Shown in pieces: positions 1-10,919 of a stretch of 64,000 bases of DNA (the first letter of the stretch is position 1; the number at the start of each line of letters is the position of its first letter). The translations under genes were made by a program, and so were the position numbers. This DNA comes from Isurus oxyrinchus (Eukaryota): the NCBI GenBank assembly GCA_026770705.1, contig JANJGN010000016.1:110050001-110114000 (forward strand), read 5' to 3'. A model generated the notes under the pieces. The model worked only from the letters and a program-made list of their open reading frames with translations, made no database searches and was not told where the DNA came from.

Positions 1-200
1 ACCTCGGAGGGCTACAGGGCTGAAGGAAGTTACAGAGATAGGGAGGGGGGGCAAGGCCACGGAGGGATTTAAAAACAAGGTGAGAATTTTAAAATTGAAT
101 TGCTACTGGACCAATGTAGGTCAGCAAATATAGGAATGATGGGTGAACATGTCTTAGTACAAGTGAGAATAAGGGCAGCAGAGTTTTGAATGAGCTCAAG
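1..200 (-). mobile_element. L2-clade LINE ORF2 C-terminal fragment
   Basis: Minus-strand translation LELIQNSAALILT...PIFADLHW...FKIL...SLRGLAP is typical of the L2 ORF2 C-terminus. Confidence 0.7.
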
Positions 201-662
201 GAATATTGGATCCCAAAACCTCTGCCCTGTGAACTGCAACGTGGATGTCCCAACTGAATCTGTAGCTGGCTTTTCCCTCTTGAACTGTAGGCTGAATACA
301 GAGGACAACGATTGTAAAATATTTTAAGGTTATTGTAATAGCTCAATGTACCTCAGTCCCAGTCATGGATGATACAGGTCATGTCTACAATTTTCTGTTA
401 TAGTGTCTGGATGAGGCACTGGGTTAAGGCCAAGCATTTCACTGGAACAAGTCATAGTCCACTTGTATTCTTACCCTTGTTATAATGCAGAAGAATGTAG
501 AAGAGCAGAAATAGCAGTGTATCATTGCAGAATGATGCATCGCATCTTTCACCAATGCCTTTGGAACATATGTATTGTTTTTCACATACATAATTTTGGT
601 GGATTTTTTTGCTGTTCAAATCTTATGGGTCTCAGTTTTTCAGGGCATCATGGTCCCTGCCC

Positions 663-1186
663 CGGCTAAAAATTCAGTGGGGAGTCACCCATGATCCCGA
701 TGGCTGCCTCACAGCAATTTACCACTGGGAGCACAGTTCATTGCTTTAAGTCAAGACTTCCGCCACTTTCTCAGGAGGAATCCCACCTTACAGAGCTGCC
801 AACCAATCAGATGGCTGACAGCTCTGTAGTCCCAGCAACGCCAGTTAGGAGCAATGGCCATTGCTGGGTCTACAGTCAGTCCTATCCTGCCAAGGAGCCC
901 AGGTAAGTTCAGGGTCAGGAGTCTCAGCATGGGAGGTGAAGGGCTCAGTTCAAAAGATCGAGGGGGAGGGATGGATGATCCTGGGGCCAGCCCTCCGATG
1001 CACATAGGGACATTAATTAGCCACTTAAAGGCTTCAATAGACCAAGGGCTGATGCCTCCCCCACGCCTCCCTGTAAAATTTCAGACCACTCAGGGAAGGG
1101 CGGGCAGTCAGTGAGAAGGCCACATGCTCGATTTTATGTTCCGCCCACCTTCAAGCCTACTGGTGGGAGAATGTTAAATCCAGCCC
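663..1186. mobile_element. Non-autonomous Harbinger-type element (MITE)
   Basis: Ends cggctaaaatt / aaatccagccc resemble the GGGC(A/T)G(A/G)ATTT termini of the Harbingers here. The interior shares a CCAAT palindrome with 45730-46250 and the ttaatt.gccacttaa motif. Confidence 0.55.
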
Positions 1187-2114
1187 ATGATATCATTATT
1201 GGAGATTGGAGCATTTCTCCATGACAGGTGTTCAACATTTACATCAAGAACTACCAGGTCAGTTTAGAATTGCTGTTCACCTATCTTTCAGCTGGACATC
1301 TTGTTTCTTTAGTAGTGAGTGACCTTATTTTAATTTTTAAAAAACCAATAAAGCAGCAAAAATGTGTTTTACAGGTCTCACAGACAGAAGCCAACTTATC
1401 CTATTTCACTTGGAGACAATACATTTCAAAAGAAATATGGGCTCATTAAGTTTTTTTCTGGGTCTCTTTAATTTAAATCTCAACATATGCGAAGGAAGAG
1501 ATTTGAAGCATAGACCTTCCCCTTCCAATTTGTGTTCACTAATGGCCTACCCATCTCAGTTGCCACCCAAGAGATTTGTTAGCCTTGCAGATTGTCCTGG
1601 AGTCTTATATTGTTTACTTATATTATTTGCTGTGCTATGATATGAATAACAATCAAACTGACTTTTGTTTGCATATCCAACAGCAACATAATTGGACAAC
1701 AGGAGAATTCTTTCCCCATTCATTTCGATGGGAGAGGGCGCATTATTTCCTGTTCATCACTGATTCCAATGGTAGGCTTACATTTACCTTCCTCCACTGT
1801 CAGTGATGACCAATGAGATTGCGCAGCAGGAGCTCTATGGTTGGTGGTGATGGAGAGAGTCAAACCCTGGCCAATTACACATCACAAAGGTGGAAGTATC
1901 TGTGACATGGGAGGATTTTAGAAGTATGTATCTTTTGAATTCAACACCAAAAAATTAAAATATTCTGTCAAAGAACTTAATTGAAAAATAAAGATTTTAA
2001 AAACAAGAAAAAGCTGTCATCAAAGCAGTTCTAATTCACCATCCAACCAGGTCATAGCTTCATACTTATTGAATGTGTTGCAATAAATCACATTAATATG
2101 ATTTTTAAAATTTA

Positions 2115-2200
2115 TTAATGGGATGTGAGCATCACTGGCTGGGCCAGCATTTATTGCCCATCCCTAATTACCCTTGAGAAGGTGGTGATGAGGTGCCCTC
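2115..2200 (-). repeat. LINE/SINE 3' tail fragment (family also at 27820, 38975 and 54040)
   Basis: atgggatgtg...ggccagcatttattgcccatccctaatt recurs four times in the window. Confidence 0.7.
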
Positions 2201-3025
2201 CCGACAGTAGATTTATGTGATCAGTTAGTACTCTTACCTTTGCTAATTACCTAATCATCCAGGAGATAAAATGATGCAATCTCCAACCAGAATTAGCATC
2301 CTTTCCTCCCAGCCCAACTCCAGTTGCATAGGACTGTATCCCTACTTCATTGCTATCCTCTTGACCCCATTCCCACTCTATTCTACACCTCCTTAAATCA
2401 TTCCCTCACTTTATCTCCCCTTGCAGGTACCATGCTCTAAGACAGCATTGGAGCCCATAGATTTCCATGTGGTGGACCATGGTTATACTTGGCAAGCTAC
2501 TGCAGTGGTTTGCTATTGTCTTCTGCAAGTTCTGGTTAAGCAGGGGACTCTCATGCTCTTACTGTCTGCCATAGGTGCATTGGATGGATTTTCAGGTTGA
2601 TAATCAACCTGGGTGGCCATCAAGTCCCGGAGTGAGTCTAGCACCTGGAGCTCCTGGCTCAGAAACAGGGATGCTACCTATTGCACCACAAGACCTCCTC
2701 TTGATAATTACAGCTGAGAATCTGGAATAAGAAGAGGAAAACCCAATTTTGAAAAGACATGGAATTTAGCACTTGGAAAGAAAGCTCAAAATCTGGCTAT
2801 AGCTAAAGACTCAAAATCACCCCTGAAGTTAGTGCGGAATAGGAATCTATGCACTCACCTCCAAAATGAATGGGTAATGAATTCCTTTGTTCAGCTATGT
2901 TAGTTAAATGAACAAAATACATATTTTCAGTTTGGTTGTACATAGGAACACAGTACTTAGGAGCAGGAGTGGCCATTTGGTCCTTTGAGCCTGCTGCGTT
3001 ATATGGCTGATCTGATTGTCATCTC

Positions 3026-5225
3026 TGTTGTAGGGTGTTGGATACCATTCAGCAGGTCTTAATGAACTATTTTAGTCTTAAGTAGGTTAGCTGTATGTAT
3101 TTATTAACTACAAAAACTATGTACATTTATACAGTAAAGGGTTCAAGCTGGGAACTGTCTCCATGCTTGCTTGTGCACACTGCTTTGTCCAACACTAGAC
3201 TGACAACTAGGTGTGGTCAGGTTTTCTCTTAGATAATCATATGGGTAATACTGTGCTTAGTCCCGTATTAACTCTGTATGTGTCTATGTGCCAGATCATT
3301 ATAATACACCTACCCCCAAGTTTTTATCCAATATATTTCAAATTATTCTAGTTTACTCCTTGTATTTAAGTTATTACTACTACCCCATCTCCCCCCTTCA
3401 AGTCTCTGAGTTCATCGATTCAGGCTGTCTGGAAGCCTTATAACCCTTCTATATCTCTTTCACACTATTGTCAGAGAAGTGGTAGGCTCTGTTGTTGCAG
3501 GTAAACTGTTGTTTTGGAGGTTGTTCTTGCATCTATGTATCTTTTCATCCACTTTTTCAATTTCTTGGTATTGAACTGCTCTTTGTCGATTCAGTAGTAG
3601 TGAAAGGTGGTTGCTGTTCCATCCCATTTCTTGTGGGCTAGACGAACATTGTGCTCATCTCCATGTTGTTTTTTTCTCTTCTTCCTTCGTCATGTGGGTC
3701 ATTGAGCTGTCCTTTGTGACAGAAGATGGCCACTCCTTTTATAAGGATGCGTTTTTTTTAGTAAACTCACCTTTGCGTTTGGCTGTGTGGCGTTCAGCAA
3801 TGGGCAGTTGCTATTTGGTTCCAGCAACATCTCTGGCATTGTCTTGCTGGCTGGGGATTGCAGCATTGATCGGTGGTTGCAAAGCCATCAACAGTCATTG
3901 GAGCCAGAGGCTGTAGCTCTCCTGGTTGTTGATTGCCCTCTTGTCTATCCTCCACTGGGGGCATCATTGTACCCATCTGAGTGGTTGGCTGGTCTGACCA
4001 ATGAGGGCTTTCTGGAACCTGTAATGAATAAATGTGCCCAGTAGCCAGGAGACAGAATAGTCACTCAGGGATAGAATAGTGTAGGAGTGGCAGATAATGC
4101 ACTGTCACAATGCTACAGGCAAAGGGAGAGCTAGCCCTTGAGAATGCTATCCAGATTGTTCAGCAGCTGAACTCCATGTGCAGCACAGGTCCAGCTTAAG
4201 AGGAGAAGGTAAACTGTTTGGTAATAGAAGGCAGCAAATAGAGAAGACAGTTCAGAGCTGAAGTCCCAGTCAGAATACTCTTTCTTGTTGGAGCTCTCAG
4301 AAACTTGCAGTTCTATATAATTTACAACAGTGGTTGGCATGGCATCTTCTGCCATTTTGAGGAGATTCAGGCTACACACAGGCATCTCTGCTCAAGAGAG
4401 AAAAAGACTGGTTATAGATGATGTACATCAGCTCGAAGATTACCTTAGTGCATCAAGAATTATGCCTATGACCAGAAGTCAGATTCCTCCAGACACATAG
4501 AGCGGAGTGTATGTTGTTCAAAACCAGAGGTCTCTCAGCCATGGTTCTTTGTCCAATAGGACTGTAACACTGGCTCCCGTGTCCAATTTCAAGTTTGTGA
4601 GATAGCTGTTAACTGAAGTGTACACATTCCAATACAAAAATCCTGAAAATTTGACATCACCCAAGAAGAATGTGTGTCCTCTTGGTGTGCAGTCTCAACC
4701 TCATGAATCATCTCTGGGTCTTCTGTGCATTTAGATGTTTTGGCCTTGCACATTTTGCTGAAGTGTTCAATTCTGTTACATCGAAGCATTTCGCTGAAAT
4801 TGCTAGATATTGATCACGCCTCAGTAGGTGCTTTGCTCCCCTGCACTGGCATAATCAGTCTACTGGTCAGTTAGGGTATTGCTGCCCTTGGCCTGGAGTG
4901 ACTCTGTTTCTGTGCTGTTTAACTAACTGGACTGTGGGGTTTCCTTTGTAAAATGGTTTACTTTCTCCTCTTAAAATGGACCTGTGCTGCACATGGAGAG
5001 CAGTTGCCTAACAATCTGGATAGCATGCTAAAGGGCTCCTTTGCTTGTAGCATTCTGAGAGTGCATTATCCGCCACTCCTATAACCATTCTATCCCTGAT
5101 AATTTCAGATTATAAGTCTCCATATTTGCAGCTTTCAGCCATCCAGATCATTAATGAATGACTCAACAAGTTCTCCTGGTTGCTTGGCATGTTTATTAAA
5201 TTTAGACCTTTCGAGAATGTTGTTG
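3026..5225 (-). mobile_element. Degenerate Ty3/Gypsy LTR retrotransposon; 3' LTR at 3026-3308
   Basis: LTR is bounded by TG...CA with an adjacent minus-strand purine tract (GGGGGTAGG). Minus strand shows the protease motif KLDTGASVTV (~4560-4590), a damaged Zn knuckle RCNRIEHFSKMC (~4750-4790) and gag-like ERSKFN...IRDR.VIGVAD (~5000-5220). No RT core or 5' LTR seen. Confidence 0.75.
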
Positions 5226-5299
5226 CTTCTTAGGCAAAAATTTGGCAGATGAAGTAAAATGTAGGAAAATACGAACTAGTCCACTTTGGCAGAAAGCTC

Positions 5300-6062
5300 T
5301 TACAGAAGCTCTTATTGTCAGTTTTTATATTCCTAGCTAGCTTTCTCTCATACTCTTAATTTCTCCTCCTTTACTTTTTTTTTAGTTGTTCTTTGCTGAT
5401 TCACAAAATCTGCCCATCTTCTGACCTACCAGTAATCTTGTTTTGTATAGTATTTCTTTAAATTTGATGCTATCCTGAACTTTCTTATTTAGTCATAGAT
5501 GATGCATCTTTCTCCTAGAGTCTTTCTTTCCCACTGAGATAAATCTTTGTTGAGAATTATTAAACATCTCCTTAAAAGTCTGCCGCTGCATCTCTACCTT
5601 TTAACCTAGTTTCCCAGTCCACTTTAGCCAACTCTGACTTCATACCCTTCTAATTACCTTTATTTGGGTATAAAGCATTAGTCTTAGACCCACACCTCTC
5701 ACCTTCAAACTGTATGTGAAATTCTATCATGTTATGATCACTGTCACCTAGATGCTCCTTAACTATGAAGTTGATTAATCCAGTCTCATCGCACATTACC
5801 AGGTCTAAAATAGTTTGCTCCTTGGTTGGTGATAGAATGTACTGCTCTAAGAAATTGTCTCACTGCTCACATCTCTCACTGCTATACTAATGTCATCCTT
5901 AATTAACAGAGCTACCCCATCAGCTTTTCCTACCTTCCTGTCTTTTCAAAATGTCAAATACCCTTCAATATTCAGGTCCAAGCCTTGGTTACCCTGCAAC
6001 ATTTTCTCTGTAATAGCTATAAGGTCATATATATTTATTTCTATCCGTGCCAACAATTCATC
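5300..6062 (-). mobile_element. CR1 LINE fragment (ORF2 apurinic endonuclease region)
   Basis: Minus translation DELLARIEINIYDLIAITE..LQGNQG.DLNIEGY...DR..GKADGVALLIKD, homologous to ORF 12878..13240. Confidence 0.8.
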
Positions 6063-9000
6063 ATAGAAACAGGATGCAGTCATCAGTAGGAAAGGTGATT
6101 TGTAACTAGAAACGATGAGGTCAGAAAAACCTTTGACAATGATGGCAGGAGAAAAGAATTAGGGATTTATAACAAAAGAGTGAACTCCAGAAATGCCCAG
6201 GGTGTGGTCAATCAGTGTTTTAGATGCAATGCAATATACCATTATGCAATGAACCGTCCTAAATGATATAATGTGTTCAAAATGCAACATGAGACAGAAG
6301 GCTCAGAAGAAGTTGGAGATAGTGACCAAAAGCAGGGCACTGTATTAGTTACAATTAGTTTCAGCTCAGTGAGAATGTCTTGGTTGCAGAGTCCTTCAAC
6401 TGTGCAGTGCTAGACAGTGGATACACATCTACTGTGTGTGGAATAGACTGGTTAACATGCCACCTGGACACCTTAAATGACAAGGATTGGAATAAGGTTA
6501 AAGAATTTGAGAGTTCCACCAGTTTTAGATTTGGAAATGATAATACCCTAAAATTTTTGTCAGATTCCCTGTAAGATAGCTGGAGTCAATCATTTCATCA
6601 GCACAGATGTAGTGTCTAGCAAAATACCATGACTGTTGAGCAGACCATTGATGAAGAAAGTGCAGATGAACCTGGACATGGAAAATGACAAGACCATTGT
6701 ATTTGGAAAACCTGTGGATTTACAATTTATGCAATCTGGACACTACCGTATTCCTTTAATGAAACCTAACTTTTCTACTAAGGAAATTAAAGAAATGTTA
6801 TTAGCGTCAGGGAATAAGAATTTACAGGACAAAAAGCTAAATGTGTTAAAATTGCATCGGCAGTTTGCCCACCCTTCTTTGCAAAGATTAAAAATTTTGC
6901 CAAGGGATGTGGGAATAAAGGATGGAGAGGACGCAAAACTTATAGAGGAGATAAGCGATAGATGTGATATATGTAGGAAATACAGAAGGACACTGTCATG
7001 GCCAGTAGTGAGTCTACCTTTAGCGAGGGATTTCAATGAAGTTGTGGTGATGGATTTAAAGGTTCTGGATGAAGAAAAGAACATTTTTATTTTACATTTC
7101 ATAGATTTGGCAACAAGGTTTAACCAGTTGACAATCACATGCAATAAAAAAAATAAATATGGATCTGGTAATGGAGAAGTGGATAGGGACTGGATTGGGA
7201 CCACTGGCAAAATTTCTCACTGATAATAAGGGGAATTTGCTAATGACAAGTATCAGGATGTGTGCGTAAACATGAATATAATAGTTATGAATACAGCAGC
7301 AGAAAGCCGTTTTAATAAGCAAGGGAATCATGCAATGATAGATGAGATGTTCCCTAAAATATTGGTGGCTAGACCAAGCTGTAAATTAACATCATCTCTC
7401 ATGGGCTGTCCATGCCAAGAATTCACTGCAGATGGTTGGGGGCTATAGTCCATATCAGTTGTTTTTGGTAGAAACCCAAAAATTTCTTCAGTCCTGAGTG
7501 ATCATTCCCCAGCTTGGGAGGGAACTACGATTAGCTCTACCTTTCCTGAGCATTTAAATGCACTAAACGTGGGTAGAAGAGCCAAAGTTTCGGAAGGAAT
7601 TTGGCGAGCTCTATTCTGAAACTATTTTCAATCAGGGAGACATGGTATACTATAAAAGAGAATGACTTAATAGTGGAAAGGCCTGGGAAAGATGTTAGGT
7701 AACGATGATAAAACAGTGATTTTACAACTTGGGAACCAGACTATTCGGGTACACTCATTGAGGTTAGTTGGCACGGATTACAAATTTGCAGGTCCGGAAA
7801 GTGTTGTAGGAAGTTTTGACGAGCCATGTACTTCTCATACCCATATGATTGTGAGGACCAGGTAGCTGAAGTTGACGGGGCATCCGAAGATGAATGCAAT
7901 AATTCGGATGAACAAGATTTGTCCCAGAGCACAGCTACCAAAAGCTGGCACTAAAGTTACATACTTGTCAGAAGGGACCAGTCAATGGTGGGATGTGACG
8001 ATGGTAGGTACAGCAGGGAAGGCCACTGGAAAATATAAATTCTGGTTAAACATATGAGATAAAAGACAGGAGGTTGGGCCTATGGATTGGGACCATGAAG
8101 CACAAAAATGGAAGGCACGGAAATGTAGTATCAGTTCAGACAGTGGGTCTGGGAGTGAACGTGCCCATAGGAAGAGATCGCAAACTGTGGAAAGAACATC
8201 TATAACTGGGAGAGGGAAATCAAGCAGTAACAGCCTGGAGCATGATAGAGGGTAGGATAAAGGGCACAGCTTAACAAGTTCAAGGCAGACTGATAACGCT
8301 ACAAGGAGCAGAAGCCCATGTGATCGAGAAGTCTTGGTAGCTTTAAACAAATTAGACAATAAATTAATAAAGGATGCCAAATAGCAAAAACTACGTAGTT
8401 GGAAAGAGTTTAGGGTATACAGACGTGCCAAATAGCGGACAACCAGCTCTATCTCATAGATGGATATGCATGGTAAAGGTGCTTCCTGATGGGACTTACA
8501 AAGCTAAAGCCAGGCTAGTGACACGAGGGTTTGAAGAAAAATTGGGTGACCGGGATATGAGAGTAGATTTACCTATGGCAGGGAAAGTTATCCTGAATAA
8601 CTTTTTGGCTCTATTTGCTACAAGTGCTTGGGAATGTAAGTCCATTGATATTAAAGCTGCTTTTTTGCAGGGACACCAACTTCAAAGGGAAATATTTCTC
8701 CGTCCGCTGAAAGAGGTGCCAAATGCAGAAGGGGTTCTCTGGAAGCTAAATAAATGCATATATGGTTTAAATGATGCCTCCAGAGTTTGGTATTTCTCAG
8801 TGAGGTCAGTTTTGTTAAAGTTGGGCTGTCTTCAGTTGGAAGCAGACTCAGCAATGTTTTATTAACACCATGGAGGGAAATTTGCAGGCATGTTTATGAT
8901 GCATATACATGATTCTTTGTGGGGACAAAGTAGCGAACTTGAAACAGTTATCATTAATGGGCTCAAAATGGAGTTCAAAATTGGAAGTCAGGCTTCTGCA

Positions 9001-10353
9001 TTTAAATACATTGGATTGGAAATCAGGCAGAGCAGATGACACATCATTTTACATCAGCAATCCTATTTGGAGAATGTCAATCCCATTGCAATTGGTTGTG
9101 GTAGGGCCTCCCAGAAAGATACAATGGCTTCTGAAATGGAAAAAGAAGAACTCAGGAGTGTAATTGGGCACCTGAACTTGCTAGGTAAACAAACAAGGCC
9201 AGACATCAGTTTTGACGCTTTGGAATTGAGCACTAAAATGAATGATCCCAAAGCTGAAGAAATCATTTGAGCAAACAAAGCATTGACAAAATTAAAAATG
9301 GAGCAGCATGTTTTGAAATTCCCATCTTTGGGTGATCCAATAAAAATGAAACTGTGTTTAGTGATGCATCTTATGCAAACCTGTAATGGATTTTCGAGTG
9401 CAGGAGGATTTATAATATTTCCCATGGGGGAGAAAGGTAAATGCTGTCCCTTGACATGGGAATCTAAACAGATATGAAGAGTTTTAAAAAGTACAAGACT
9501 CTCGCCCTTGTTGAGGCAGCAGATATGGAATTCTATGGGTAGCATTTTCCACATCCTCCTGCCACCGGGATCTTCCAGTCCTGCCGCAAGTAAATGGACT
9601 TCTGGCTGGGGTGCCACCTTGCCCGCAGCGGGTCTCACCCACAACGGGGTTGGAAAACCTGGGCCTTTATATCAAAGATACCGGCAGAAATTTTAAATGG
9701 AAAAGGGTATTCAGGAATGGTACCTATTGTCTTAGGCAATAAGTCACTTTGGGAAAATGTTCACTCTACAAAGTGCGTTAACGAAAAGAGATTGCAGATT
9801 GACATTGCAAGCTTAAAACATGTGCTAGAGAATAAGGAGATTGGCAAGATCAAATGGATTGATAACAGCTACCAATTGTTCAACAGCTCCACAGAAAGAG
9901 GAGCGAGTTCCAAAAAGCTATTGGAGATCCTCAAAGAAGGATATCTATTCCTTTGGGAAGGAAAATAGGAATATTCTTTTATGTGGACATTATATTTCTA
10001 TACATGTGTTTTATTAAGTAGGGGGAGTAAGATGGATTAATTGAATGAAAAATATATATTAATGTTAGTGTTATGGAAGAGAAGGTCCCCATCTTTTTTT
10101 GTGATTATATAAACTTAAGGATTACTTTCTTCTTAAGAAGGGAATCTGTTGGGGAAGGAAACAGTTAACTCACAGAGTTCAATTGCTAATTATCAGTTAA
10201 CAACCTAAGTATCCATTTGGATGTATAAAAGGGATGATGAGTGAGACAAGTTCTCTCTGTAGAGTGTTCTATGCACCAGAAATAAAACTCTCTATCTGAA
10301 GGAGTCTGTCTCGGTGTCGGTCTTTATTGCCAAACAGTTCTAGGATCTTAACA
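6063..10353 (+). mobile_element. Degenerate Ty1/Copia LTR retrotransposon (GalEa-like), 5'-truncated; 3' LTR at 10147-10353
   Basis: Domain order: gag knuckle (CFRCNAIYHYAMN), protease (VLDSGYTSTVCG), integrase (KLHRQFAH..CDIC, VMDLK, IDLATRF, TDNKGEF), RT (KAKARLVTRGFEE, IDIKAAFLQG, KCIYGLNDASRVWY), RNase H (EKRLQIDIASLK). Integrase before RT defines Copia. Purine tract aagaaggga then TGTT...TAACA LTR containing tataaaa and aataaa. Many stops and frameshifts. Confidence 0.9.
9537..9666. mobile_element. Tiny MITE inserted in the Copia RNase H region
   Basis: GC-rich ~130 bp bounded by gggtagcattttcc and ggaaaacctgggcc (Harbinger-like inverted ends). Removing it rejoins the Copia frame (AADMEFY/ISKI). 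Confidence 0.6.
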
Positions 10354-10485
10354 TCTACAGCTTGGCATCCAGCTCATTAACTCTGAGCTGAGATTCCTCA
10401 AGCTGCAAACATTTGGGCCAATGTGGTTACTGTGGATCATAAGGTGTCCACCAGCTCCAGCTGCAACACATCACCTGCCCTGCCA
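10354..10485 (-). mobile_element. CR1 ORF1 N-terminal fragment
   Basis: Minus translation MAGQVMCCS...KCLQLEESQLRVNELDAKL, the Zn-finger/leucine-zipper start of CR1 ORF1. Confidence 0.6.
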
Positions 10486-10919
10486 TCCTTAATGTATTTT
10501 AATTGACTAATTAATTATTTTCTTAATTATATAAATAAACAATATAAAACAAATTATATATTGCTGTGTATATTCTAAATAGATTAAGAATGTTTAAAAC
10601 ACACTGAGTAACTTGCGTAAGTATTATCAGAATTTCACATTCCGCTAATAGTTTGTGTTAGTGGACTGTATCAGTAGTTGGAAAACATTCCCTTGTGTGG
10701 GTTTATAGATTAACAGAATTAGGAGTTGGATGACAGACTGAAGTTTGCTATCTAATGGCTCTAGGTACCAAACAAAGATTGTAAAGTGTAACTCTTTGTA
10801 TATAAAGAACTCAAGCTTTAGTACTTATTAAATGTGCCATTTATATAGAAAAAATACTGTAGTTGCTGCAGTACAGAAAGTGGCAGAAGAGATGAAGAGA
10901 AAAGTGAACAAAATAACTG

